Shown here one piece after another: positions 26,152 to 38,849 of a stretch of 64,000 nt of DNA. A model generated the notes under the pieces. It searched no databases, was not told the DNA's origin, and saw only the letters and a program-made list of their open reading frames with translations. Origin of the DNA: Takakia lepidozioides (taxonomy: Eukaryota > Plantae > Bryophyta); contig CM060731.1 in assembly GCA_030704615.1 (NCBI GenBank), positions 64,852,001-64,916,000 on the forward strand, written 5' to 3'. The first letter of the stretch is position 1. Each line of letters begins with the position of its first letter. Both the position numbers and the translations under genes were made by a program.

Positions 26152-28565
26152 TCTAGTCGCTGTTGCTCAGGGATGACACAGTTGTAGAAAGATGGATTAT
26201 GCTGCTGCCTTCAACTGTTTTGTGAACTTGCCTCGGACCTACACATTTTCTGTGATGTTGAGGCGTAACAGGGATTAGGTTGGGACAATTATCGGGTAGT
26301 AGCATTCGTCACTTGTTTATTGACTCACCAATTTTGCCTTGGTAGTTATTGATTTTTTTTCCATACTTGTCTCTTTTCCCTCAATTTGGAATGAGATTAA
26401 CTTACTCGGTCGGTTGAGCACTACTCTCTCTGCTTTTGCACAAGATCTATCTCTTCAGTGGAAAGTTTGTCTTATTTCAGAATGGGCATTTTCTTCACGT
26501 TTATGTGATTCAGTTTCTAGTAGCTTCAATTTTGAAAGGAAGGGCTATTTGCACTGTGATTCTGCAATCTTCTCCATACTCGTCTCCCCCTGACAGATAC
26601 TGAAAGTGGATGCATATTTGCACTGATCCTCTTTTACAAGTAGTAAAGTCTCTTTTTCTTCGGTTTACTTGCTGTGGCTGGAATGGCATCCCTCAATGCT
26701 AACAATCCTCCAGGGCCCAACTGTGGTAAGGCAGAGAAACTGAATTCAATTTTTCTGGTGGATTGTGGGGCTCATCTAGGGAGTGATTGTGATTAATCTA
26801 GTATGTGTGAGTTTCCAACCTACATCAACATGTTGTGCAGTACATCAATGTATTGGAACTGGCTTTTTGGGGTTGTTCCTCCTGTTACCATTGTCTTTGA
26901 TTGTGAAACATTCTGGTTGTCCCTCAATTCCCGATTATGCTGCATTTGTTCCTTCCACACATGAAGTGAAATACTACTTGCTACCCTGCTAAAAATCTTT
27001 TGCAGTGGAGGGTACTTGTAGTCTCCACCATGGGGTTTTATACCCTCTCCTCAATCTTGGCAAGAGGCAGTGAGATAGACTGTCTCTGGGTTTCCATGAT
27101 CTTGGGGAGGACATAGGAAAGGATATGGGGAGCCTTGGCATGGGTGGCTATTCAATCCACATTTCCACCTAAGTGCACAGCAGTTCCTGGGCCATTGGCA
27201 CAGTCGTGTTGCAGACAATTTGCATTCAAGGACCTCGGTTCACATTCCAGAGTAGATTTCCAGTTTGTAATGGAAACAACTGCCAGATTTGTGAATGTTT
27301 GTCTGAAGGAGCAAAGTACAGGCATGGAAGCCCTCACAACAAGTAGCCCTGAAAGCAGAATGTAGCCGAATGTGCTTAGTGATTTCATGTATGGGGTGTG
27401 GCAAGCTATAAGAGGTGAGACGGTGGTTGTCGGTTGTCACCTTTGATGCAACGAACAGACAACAGACCGTTGCTGAGATGTGCCTGTATGACTGGTGATT
27501 CCGAGGTAGGTACTTTTTGAATTGGAGACCTGCACACAGCAAGGCGAACAGGCTGCAGAGTAGTACCGACGTGTCCGTGAGCGCTGTTCTCGGAGAGCGC
27601 GTGGGGCTGTCTGTGTGTCCGTGGGCCCAGCATCCTAACTTATTCCAATGCACTTCTGCTATTCTAGATCCAAGATTGGCAGTTGAATTCCTTGTTGGGA
27701 CTGATGAGACACCTTCTCTCTTATGGTTATGGGCCGTAGAAGGTGAATTGGGTACCCAGTCCAATGATCATCAATCAGAAGACCATGTGTGCAGAGGAGG
27801 AGGCAGATTGATGAATGTGCATGACAGTGGAGGCAAGGGTTTGGATAAGAGCTGTAGCAGCATTGATGGTTTGCTGGGAGGGAGGGAGATTGTCCAGTCT
27901 GCGCTACAATTGGCAGGCCTCTCTACATAAGATGCTCTATGGTTTCAGGGATTTAGTGCCCACGTGTCCGGCCTTTTGGCTCCACTGGCTCCACCCAAGT
28001 GGGGGGGACTCTACTACAAATACAGCACTGGCCTTGAGAACATTTTCCTGTAGGGTCCGATGGAGGCTTGGTGGGTGGGGGAGATGGGTTATTAATGCAG
28101 GAGGGCACTGATGCGTGCATTTAATGCAGGAGGCTGGAAAAGTAGGAAGGGATTAGGGTGGTTGGTTTGGTTGAGGACAAGTGCAAATGGTGGAGATAGC
28201 TGAACTGGAGAGAAAGAGTTCGTTGGTGTGAGGAAAGTGATTACGAGCGTGACTGAGTGCAGTGAAGGATGCTGCTACTGGCTTTGTCTGATCACGATTC
28301 TTTGGGCGCAAGGAAGCACATGCTAGGCTGGGTAGAGTGGTGAGAAAGCTGCGAGCTGCTAGAACCGGTGCTTGCAGCAGCAGGATACGTGGTTTGTGGG
28401 AAACTCTTGGGCGGATGAGAGCACGCTAGGCTGGATAGTGTAGCACGACACGGAGGAGCAGGATATGGTCGGAGGTGCTGCTCGGTCCAATCCTGGCTGC
28501 TGTAGCAGCAGCAGTCCTAGAGCCTGAAGGCAGGTTAGCACAGGAGGAGCACGACGGGGGCCAAG

Positions 28566-31500
28566 TTGGCAAAGGAGGATGGGGCCGCAACTAGCGCCGG
28601 CGTTAGTGTGTTGGGCACTGCCTATATTCGCAGGTTGGTATCCAAGAAGAGAAGGCGCCTGGTGGTGGGCGGCTACAATCTGGACATGAGCTACATCACA
28701 GATCGGCTGCTGGCTATGTCGTTCCCCGCCCAGAACATGGAATCTATATATCGGAACCCCATGTGGCAAGTGCAGCGGGCGCTGGACCTGAGGCATCAGT
28801 CTCACTATAAGGTCACATCCAGCTTACGTTGTGAATTGCATCAAGGAGGAGGTGGTAGCAACCCGCAGGGTTAAGGACCGGTTGCTGCTTACATGTCACT
28901 GTGTCTCACAGCTTGAATTGCATCAGCTTACTGTGGTAGTTTCGCAGGGAGGCACTTGGTGTATGCCCCACTTTTATGACATTGTAACTTCTGTGGGGGA
29001 GAATGGCCTGACCCGCTGTTTGTGTCTGGCTGGGCCCTTCTGGATGGCCTATCCAGTGGCATTGTGAGAGAACTAGTCCAACTAGTTCAACTAGATGCTC
29101 AACTTTGCGACCCATTTTTTCCATCGCTAGGCATCACCCCATGATCCAGTATGGAAAGGTCCCTGATGCTCTGTCATCAAGACCATTGGGCGACAGTAAT
29201 TGTCAGCATAGAAAAGAAGCTTCTTTGAGGAGGTTAACTACCTCATCATGAGTCCTTCCCAGCTTAATGAGATGGGACGTCATCGGCAGGATTGAATGTG
29301 GCTCTAGTGCTAGGGATGCATTGATCAACAGACAATCTTATGGACAATGATAGACTCTCAAGCGGCCAGATGGATAGATAGCATGCAGTATTTACCTGCA
29401 GGATTGAACTATACAGCAAGCTGATAGAAAGTGAGGGGGGATGGCGCCTTGCAGGTGTACAATCTATGTGAGGAGGCCACATATGACCCAGAGAACTTCC
29501 ATGGACGGGTGGAAGTTTTACCTTTTGATGACAACCATGTGCCACCATTGGCATTGATCAAGATGTTTTGTGAGAGCGTGCATCAGTGGTTGACCAGTGA
29601 TCCTTGCAATGTTGCTGTGGTCCATTGTCGTGTGAGTCTGGTCATCTCTTCTTTGCAAGTTAGAGGCTTCAACGTTGTGTGAAGTGGGTTATGTGTGTTT
29701 ATATAGGCGATATGTTTCCCTCTGTTGTTAGCATCGTAGTTGTTAGCACAGTCGATTCTCCAGACATTTTGGTTTGTATTTCATGAACCAGGAGAATTTT
29801 CCCTTAATTAAGGTAGAACTTCATTGCTCCACAATATATGCTTAGACTTGAGTCAGGACACAGATGAGGGAATGTTTGATGTGTGCAGCAGTCATGTCAT
29901 AATACACACATACTGAGTGCCCTGGGTGCAGGCAGGCAAAGGGCGCACAGGTTTGATGGTGTGTTCCTACCTTGTCTACATGGGGATGTCTGTGGAGGAA
30001 GCACTTCAGTTATATGCTAATAGGCGCACTTACAATCATGAGGGGGTATGTGCCATGTCATTCTGCTCCCGTTTTGTCTTCAGCATCATGGGGTATGAAC
30101 AATCTTTGTATTGTGTGGTTTGAAGATAGTCATCTGTATGACCCACAGGTGACAATTGCAAGTCAAAGACGCTATGTGGGGTACTGGGGTAAAACATTGG
30201 TGTCTCCTGGTGGGGATCAAGGAGGGCCAGCTGAAGTACAGCTGCCCCATGCAAAGAGCCGGGAGCTTCGTAGAATTCGAATGTACGACACCCTGTCTAT
30301 TGACCGTGTGCGCTTTGTCATTGCGGAGCTCCATGAGGTGAGTTGATAGGGCTCACATTGTTGCAGCAAATCCTAGTCCATATTGTCTCACAACATAAGA
30401 CTCCCTCTGGAAGGAGATTTGATTGCAGAGTATTGTAATTCTCTGCAAAGTCCATCCACTACCATTCTTGTTGTTTGAGCAGCATAAGACCAATTTTTTT
30501 GAACCTTCTCCCTTGCAAGTGGGATTGTGATGACTGGTGGGATAAGCCCTGTCATCAGAGAGCCCTGGGGTAATGCTACATGACCACAATATAGTAGATT
30601 TTCAGTACAATGCGTGAACAATTGGAAATAGAAGGATCTATTTGGAAAGGTGGTAGTGACATTGTTCATGGATGACAGATTCCAGGGCAGTCGTACAGGC
30701 CAGCAGTTGAAATGGCGGAAGGGTTCTGCAAGGCCTTGACAAGAGGGTACCATCGCTCAATAAGCCCAAGATATTATCTGTCCTTTCTTCCTCGGAAGGA
30801 CGAGGATGAAGAGAAAGACCCCCGATGGATCGTGCAAATGGATACAGAGAAGCCTTTTTATAAGAAGGCCTGTCTGGATCACTATTTTGACCAGCCTCTC
30901 ATCGTACGCTTTTGCCCTCCTTGCCTGTTTGTGATTTCAGAAATCTGTGATTACAGCATCTTTAATGGACAACCAGCTGACAGTAGAACCTTGTGACACT
31001 CTGGACATCCATAAAACATGCCTTTTTCATTATTTTTTCGAGTCACAAATTTCATGTGGCACCTGTAAAATTTCTCGATGCTCGGTGCACAGCATGAACT
31101 CGTAAGTTCCCAGGTTTATTAGGATAATGACTCTCGCAGACAGTTGTCAGGCTATTCTGATTGGTTTAATGCGGTGAACTAGCAGATATTATGGTGGATG
31201 CAGGGAGAGGATGAAATTAACATACGCCTTGGACTTCTGCAGGTTTCCGGTGATGTCAGGGCTGTCTTCTATGATAAAAGTGGTAATCGCCTCTTTTATG
31301 TGTGTTTCAACACATACTTCATCGCTAACAGCATTCTACAGGTGAATTTGTTGTTTCTCTTGAGTATGACCATTCTTTCATACCCCCTTATTATGTCACT
31401 GATGTGGGTACTCTTTCCTTATCATCAAAGAAGGTCTAATGATTACGTTCAAGCATAAGTATGAAATTCTGTGGTGCATAAACTTCATGTGGCAAACATA

Positions 31501-31666
31501 ATCACCTTGAAGTTGACAAATGCAGCTGAGTCGGGGAGATTTGGATAAGGTTGGTCGTCAAGCGAAGGCCATATGCGGACCAGGGTTCTGTCTGGAATTG
31601 ATCTTTGGACCTGTGGAGCCACAAGTCCCCTCTTCTCGTGCCGACAACACACAGGATTCCTTTTAA
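28566..31666 (+). CDS. PTEN1: PTEN1-like phosphoinositide phosphatase (start codon unresolved)
   Basis: IRRLVSKKRRRL..GYNLDMSYITDRLLAMSFPA, IYRNP, VYNLC, PFDDNHVPP, HCR|AGKGRTG, GVTIASQRRYV, C2 domain VSGDVR..FY and LDKVG. TAA ends at 31666. Confidence 0.92.
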
Positions 31667-31861
31667 CTGCTGCAAAGCATAGTCATGCTGAGGTACAGAG
31701 GTCAAAAACTTGCCTCTGGAGAAACAAGTAACCGTCACTGCATAAGGTCCACGACATGAGCTGAAACACAGATGGTGTTGAAGAAAGAGCCAAAATTGCT
31801 CACCAAAATTTTCTTGGATTCTGACAAGTCACCATCTGTAATAGAGGTGTTAACTTTGCCT

Positions 31862-31943
31862 CCTCGAAAGGGGGCAGTAGCCGCAAGGCAAAGTGGCTCT
31901 TAGTTACGCCGGCTTTGGCCGGAGTCATCTCTATCTCTCTCTC
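31862..31943 (+). mobile_element. 82-bp retroposed insertion with (TC)n tail and 12-bp TSD
   Basis: TTAACTTTGCCT at 31850-31861 and 31944-31955. Three internal hairpins and a TCTCTATCTCTCTCTC tail. Confidence 0.75.
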
Positions 31944-33055
31944 TTAACTTTGCCTTTAGTATGTAGCAACAGAAAATGTTTTTTCAAGGGGTTGTCTCTG
32001 CAGCATTCACAAGTTGTGGCACAAAAGTAACTTTTGTTTGTTTATCTATTACGAACAGATGACCACACAAGTGGAATTCTATGATGCCCATAGTGAGCAG
32101 TCAATCGGGCATATATGGCCACACAAGCTTACTTTAGAATGATTGTCAGTGAGTTCCTGTATAGGTCAAACAACTTTTACCTTCGACAGATTGGCGTCTG
32201 AAATAATGAAACACTGCTCAAGTGTCCTTGAAGTTTCTCCGATTTTCTGTGGTGAAATGCTTCAGCAAGCAGGATTCTGATAAGCAGATTTCTTTTGGTT
32301 TTCGATGTTTCCATGTGAATCTTAAATTCATAATGTACTACTGTGCAGAGATTAAGGTTGTATTTATCTTGGGACCATAGATTTGCCCCTCCTGCTCCTG
32401 TGTCGGATGGGCAGTTTGCTAGTGCTGTACATGCAACAACAGACTGGAAGGATTCAACCACAAAAAAGCTTAGCTCTGCAGAGACAATGGTCTCCCTCTT
32501 AATGGTTCACCCCCTTTGAATTTCAATCTCAAAAGAGTTGAACATATGGAATCTATGGGGCCGTTGCTCCAAGGATGGTTGGAAAGCATTTTGCAAGACA
32601 TTTGTACCAGGGAACTTCGTTCAAAGATCTGTCACAGAGCTTGAAAATCACACTTTCTTACTGTATCATGTTTTGCGACCTTTCATCTTTTGAGTGAGGT
32701 CCACCGTCCAGCCCACGAGTCTCTGGGGGGAAGGAAAATCTTGACAATTCTGGTACATGACGCGAAAGCAAAAGGAGTTTCAGTTGTTGGGGATACGGGA
32801 AGATGGGTTGTGAAGAACAAGTGGAGATTCTTCTGGGAAGAAAACGTCGTCAAAGAGCATGCTGTCTTCTTGGCTTAAGGACCTCGTCTACATTTTGGCG
32901 GACGAACAATTGGTTCGACGGAGACCGACGAACGGGATGCTGCGCCCGACCCCTATAGGATTCTGCAGCGTGCATGACGATTCATTGAACGAGCGATCCG
33001 TCAGGATTTCCGAAGAGTTACCCTTCCCATAGTGGGAGGAGAGACGTCAGACTGC

Positions 33056-36000
33056 ATGAGAGAGAGGGATATGGAGTCGGGGATGGTGACGGATCCAGCA
33101 CGGGTATGAGCGTTCATCTCTATACAATGAGATTTGAGTGAATGTTCAAATCAGAGCGCTTTCAATGACAAACTGGGATATTACATCGATTTGGTGTGGT
33201 TGCCCCTACTTGATCGGGTGTTGAAGAGTGTGGGTTCTATTTGTGTAGGTGACTGCATCGTCAGGTGCAGAAAGGAATTCCCCTGGTTTTCATGTGAGGA
33301 AGGTTATGGGGCGTTCGGTTGTCTTGCAGGCCGGCTCTGTGCACCTGCATGCGCTGGTATTTTCTTCTGGTTTTGGGGAATTGGGCAGGCATTGAGATGT
33401 TAAGTCCTTCGAAGGCATGGGAATTAGTTATTGACCTAAAACTTTGATTGCACCTTTTGAGGTGGATTGGGTGGGTGCGTTTGCAGGATATGATTGGAGC
33501 AGTGGCTAGCAGAGTTGGGCGAGAGGTGCATGTTTTTGTGAGACCTGCAGCCCTTTCCACTCCCGAAGACAGAAACACGTCTACTAGTCCCCGACCTGAG
33601 CAAAGTGACATGCTCTTCTCTGGCTTGAAGTTTTACCACTTAGTTCAAATAAACAATGTGGGATGTATTGAAGAAGATCACTGTGACTAGAATATCTTCA
33701 GTTTGTATAAAGGTTCATTCTTTCACTACATGTGTTGCGGATCATTGTGGAGCTCTTTTGGGAGCTCTGGGAAGGGAATGCAGATTACAGAGTGACAGAG
33801 AGGCATTCTCAAGCAGTTCTAGGGTTTTATCAGTGGTACCCAACATCATCTCCACATTGGGTACTACATGCCTTCCTGATGCTTGCTTGAACGCAAGCAT
33901 CATCCCCCTTCAACCATTGACACTGGACAAGGCTACAAACGTTCCAGAGTTTATGCCTACTTTGAATTAAAGTATGGTGATAGCATGCACATGAAATCAC
34001 TCAGGTGGGAACCATTCTCTCTCTCTTTCTCCCTCCCTATATTGTAGAGTGTTTGTGTGATCTCGGTTTTGTTTTGCAGGTGAGGAGACAGATGATTTCT
34101 ATGAGTTTACTGCAGTGGATTATGCTCGGGTGATGGCCAGTAGGAAGGAAGGTCTGTTCTTGACCCTCTCTTTCTTGGTCCTTTCTCTCTCAGTATGTCT
34201 CTCTTTCTTTGGGATTGCCCAATGTGCAGGCAACCTGAAGACAAGTTCCATTTTCTGATATATTGTCCAGGGTATTCTCACCAGAGAGTGGCCCTCTTCA
34301 GGAACATCGAGAACATGGTTCCTGCACCTCCGTTCACCAACTTTGAAAATCTTGAGGCTGAGCTTAAGCCCTGGCCCTGCTGTGGTCTAACTTTTGGGCT
34401 GCTCACACACAGCAGATTGATGCTGCTTTCTAGAGGAGATCGAAAAGCCTTAACTCAGTGTTTATACCAATGTTAAGTCATACTACTGGAGTGAGCCCCT
34501 CAGTTGTTCCTATTCCCTATGTTTCTGTCCAAATTGGGCGCGGGGTCTATGGCCAAAAGGCTGCGGCAATCAAAGTCTTATCAGTGCACTCTCTCTTTCG
34601 TTGTATCTATACTAGAGATTGCATGCTGAATTTTACTTTTACTGTGGGCAGAAGTGCATTTGAAGACCAGAAAGATTCGAGCGGCAGAGGAGGCAGCAAG
34701 GAGGGCCCGTATAACGAAGGTTCCACAGTCTCCTGCCTCCTCCTACCTTTTTCCATATGTACAGGATTTGTTGGGGCTCGGTGCACACTGAAGGATAGCT
34801 TGTCATGGAATGTGTTGGTGTTGTGTTTGAGCTGTAGTGATGGTTTAAAATAAATGGACCAATACACAAGTATAATACATACGGTTCCAGCAGGAGCAAC
34901 GGGGAGTCCTTCAAGATCTAGTGGCTTGCTGCTTTTTCAGTCAATTTGAAATGCAGTTTCTGCCATTGTGTGCAGGCCACTGTGCGTGTGCAATTTCCAG
35001 ACAACTATGTGTTGGAGGCGACTTTTCAATCAAATGATTTATTGTCACTACTGACAGAGTTACTTCAGAAAGTGGTCTCGCGGCCTGATTTACCCTTCTA
35101 TCTCTGTAATGTTCGGTCCTTCCACTTTTTCTTGTACATTCTCACTCGCTGTCGGTTTAACTCTCTATGTAGAGAGTGGGGTCCAGCAGCCAGTGATGGA
35201 GTGAATGTCTTGCTGTCTGTGATGTCAGTGCCAGCCCCTTAATCAGTAAACGTCTTGAATGTTGTCGGCTGTCTGTGAGTGCCATGCGCACTTTCTCCTA
35301 AACTTGACCCTGTGGCAGGTTGAAAGTCCGTAACTGGGTCCAGAAGACTTAGTCCTATGCAGGAACGACACCTGCAAGAGTAGGTCATAGGTAATCTTCC
35401 TGAAGTCATCAAGTGCAACTTACATTTCCTTTTAGGCTGAGAATCTCAATCGCTTTCTAGTGTCTTGCATAACATCCTTGGAGACTTTGGACATGCTTTA
35501 GGACATTGTGAGGGTTATTCCCTGAAGAGAACCATGTTGTGTGGGTGGCTATTGGGTGGAGCAGACACTACACCACCAAAGAAGCGTATCGAGAATTTGA
35601 ATCAAAGCATGTTTGATGCAGGATTTGTTCCTGGTGCACTCGTCTATTTTTCTTATGAGCCATCTCCAGGTTTTTACGACCCTTTGTCTTCACTGCAGCT
35701 GTCATTCTGTGACTATAAGCAAATTACTGACCAAATGCTTGGGGAGCTTGACATGTTTGCTCATTTTTGCTTAAACCATCTTCTTATACAACTAGCACAG
35801 TGAACATTGTCCATGTAGTGCTGGGATTTGGTGGACAAGAAAAGAGGACTACTAAGAGGTGGTGACAGCAGGAAGAGGCAGATGGTGGTAACCCAGAGAC
35901 AAGAGTCCTAATCTGAATTTGTGAAATGGTTGGGTGTTAACTGAAGCAGAAGTTGAGGAGGCTAAAGATGGACCTTATCTCCAGCCTGAAATACAAGCAT

Positions 36001-36167
36001 TGCGGGACCTGCATCTCTGGGAAACTCCCTCTAGTAATAAGGAACCCTCTCATGAGGAGCAGCCCATCGAAGCAGAGCAAGCATCAGTTTCTCATACTTC
36101 TACCTCAGATTCCAAACGTCCTGTCAAACAAAATGGAAAACCAAAACCTAAATGGCTTAAGATGTAG
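33056..36167 (+). CDS. PUX1: Plant UBX domain-containing protein 1 (ASPL/TUG-like CDC48 regulator)
   Basis: GREVHVF, EETDDFYEFTAVDY, LKTRKIRAAEEAARRARITK, VRVQFPDNYVLEATF, PFYLYTTPPKK, AGFVPGALVYF, KPKWLKM*. Confidence 0.93.
34208..34589 (+). mobile_element. 5'-truncated LINE 3' end in a PUX1 intron
   Basis: CPMCRQPEDKFHFLIYCPGY..R (ORF2 CCHC knuckle). Flanking direct repeat TCTCTCTTTC at 34198-34207 and 34590-34599. Confidence 0.7.
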
Positions 36168-36749
36168 TATGCTCTTTGGTAGTAGTTGAGGTAATGTATC
36201 AAATATTTGCTTCAGTCGAATTACATCCCATAGTGTTCTCATGTGCTTTTCCGAAAACGTGCCAGGCTTTACTCTTGAGTTCTGCAAATGTAACGTCATA
36301 AAATCACTGGTCTTAGCCTGGCCCCACTTGCATGGGCCCTGCTATAACAGCTACATTCCCCTCCCTCATTGGTCGGTGATCTTCAGCAGGAGCTGCATGG
36401 AGTTATGACCATAATTTAGTAGCGATTTTCATGTATGCTCTGTACCTTTTCTCTTGAGTTGAGAATTTATTTCAATGCCCCTTCACTTATTTTGAATGAT
36501 TAAAACCCAGCTTTGTTGGTCCAAATGAAAGAGACCTTCAGTAGGCGAAGAACAGAGTTAATATGCTTCACGGGCATCTTTCTCTAACCTTTGGGCCCTC
36601 GATGGCCTGTGTGTTGAGCGGTAGGCTCTGTAAATTCACTCTGTAAATTCACTCGACATTAAAGAAACTTATCTAACCAAAGCCCACGAAAAATCAACCC
36701 CCTTGACTAAGTGAAGGGAAGTTACAACTGCAACCACCTTGAGTATTTT

Positions 36750-38230
36750 TATTTTTTTTCTTAAATAGGGACGGAGGCCTCAAAATTTATAAATTAGGGG
36801 ATATTAAAGAATCCCTTAAATACAGAGCAGGTCCTGAGTGGAAAAAATAACTACCGATGAGGCCGTGAGGGCTTACTGTTGGGGGACATCCCGCAACCGG
36901 AGCAACTAGCAACATTGGGCAAGGGAAGGAACAGAGAGATGTAAGACCAAAAAGATGTAAGGAGCAGAAAGAAGTGTAGAAGAGACTGAGGAAGGCAATA
37001 GAAAGGAGAATGGAATAGACGGGGGTTTAGAGGCGCCTGTTCCGTAGCCTCATTACCCTAAATGCCAGTGTGTAGCGAACCTTGAAGAAGTGGACAAGGT
37101 GGCCCTTGGAGATAACGAGGTTGAAAATGGCTGTAATGAGGTTGCGGTCGGGGTGATGATGGTGGGAAGAGGGACGGGAGATGTGGTTCTGAATAAGAAA
37201 GGGTGATGTAAGGCTATCTGTAAAAGATGTAGTATGGAGGAGGGAAGGCATCTATCAGAGAGAGTGCTTCGAAAATGGCCATGAGTTCAGCACATAATAT
37301 GGTGGCCGGGCCAGGAAGTCTGAGGGCGATGCCTCGGTTAGTGGCTGCGTGGTAAATTCCGTATCCGACATTAGCTTTGGTGAGGGAGCATTTAGTGTAG
37401 TGGGCGTTAGATGGGGGGTATCTGAAGGGGCTAGTCTGTCGGTATAGGAAGGGGATAGGGGGTATGGATATTGGCAGGGTGGCCTGGGAGCAGCGCCCTT
37501 AACCAAGTTTTGTTTGGTTTGATTTTCGGAAATGAGACTCGTGTATGGTTAGAGGAGGAGGTGAGTGAGCGGTGGATGTTTGGGTGTAAGGTGGTAGCCT
37601 TCATTTTGTGCGTTAGGGTTAGCATGGGGTTGAGGTGGCTCAGAAAGGGTATTGGTATATTGATGGGGGAGGAGTGTTGGACATGAGAGTGGGTTCAATC
37701 TGTCGGAGGTATTTGGGAAGGGGTGGGGTATGCACGTATTTTAGCTGGTTTCGTTCAATTGTGGCTAGGAAATTAACCTCTATCGGGAGGCGTAGAAGAA
37801 GATGAGAGTTGTTAGGTGATTGGTGTTGTGTGAGTATGAGTATTGTAAGGGCAGGGGGAGAGGAGTGAGCGGCGAAGCGTGCCAATTGGAGAGCAAGGGA
37901 GTGAGGGTACCCAGGGGGGTAGGGGTGGGCAAGGCCTTTGCCGGACCACGTCTGCTGCGTGGCAATGCCTGTGGCCCCGAATATGCAATCTCTATGGTGT
38001 GGGCTTATAGATGTAGTTAATTCCATAGGGCATGTGAGCGGGCTGGAGTAGCATGAATGAATGAGTTAGAATGAGTTGATGAGTAGCGTGAGTATGTCTT
38101 GGGGGTAGAGTGTTATGAGCGCATGTCTGTGCCAGTCTTTCGGGAGTACGTGGTTTCCTATGGGGGGTATCTTTTAGATAGCAGTCTACGAGCCAGCATA
38201 GTTCGGTGGCCAAGTCTTGTTTGGGTAAGA
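36750..38230 (-). mobile_element. Degenerate non-LTR retrotransposon fragment with MTase-like and RNase H domains (Dualen/RandI-like)
   Basis: HSCYSSPLTCP..SPHHRDCIFGATGIA....WSGKGLAHP (~37920-38070). RNase H FTDSL..I.NH..PSSHHHHPD..KVR(A)HTGI*GNE (~37040-37230, frameshifted). A-rich end near 36750. Confidence 0.65.
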
Positions 38231-38232
38231 GT

Positions 38233-38320
38233 ATACCACATCCGTCAAGTAGCAAGATTTGACCCCATAAACATCTAGGTGGCATTCAGTTCACTTAACC
38301 AACTGAGCTATTGACTGTTG
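38233..38320 (-). mobile_element. tRNA-derived SINE (copy 1)
   Basis: Minus-strand A box TAGCTCAGTTGG and B-box-like GGGTCAAATC. Homologous to 54818-54916. Confidence 0.75.
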
Positions 38321-38849
38321 ATAATTATCCAGTATCAAAAAAACTGAATCAAAGGAACAGTAAACTTACTCACTCCAGGACATGGACAGTGACAGCTTGG
38401 TCACCAGAATCCTTGAACCACTCATTAGGTGTCAAGTCCATTGTAGCTTCAGCATCAGGGATAGCAGACATCACACATTGCAAGCCCTGGAGTTTCTCTT
38501 TTACAAGCTCTCCTTCGCCTTCCAAGGCCAGTAAATGATGACCACAAACCCTTGCAGCCACCATAGATGCACAATTTCCAGTGAGGTCCACAACCTTCCC
38601 ACCAACCTCAGTCAACATCTCCATAAATGTATGCATAAACAAATGACTTTTCTCTCTAGTGCCTCTGAACCAGGTCCCATCAGGTCTAGAGTGAAGCCTG
38701 TCTTTGATGACGAAATTCCGCACTATATCAGCACGTCAAGTGGATTGAAGTCTGCATCCAGTTTCTTGGCATCTCGGCTCTTCAAGAGCAAAAAAGCATA
38801 GAACACCCGAATCTGCACAAGAAACATGATTTCTTTAGCACAGAGCACT

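Noticed and set aside
26200-28500. ORFs of 70-170 aa between the TBC and PTEN genes
   Set aside because: No motifs or consistent splice pattern. They may include PTEN 5' exons, but this cannot be shown.
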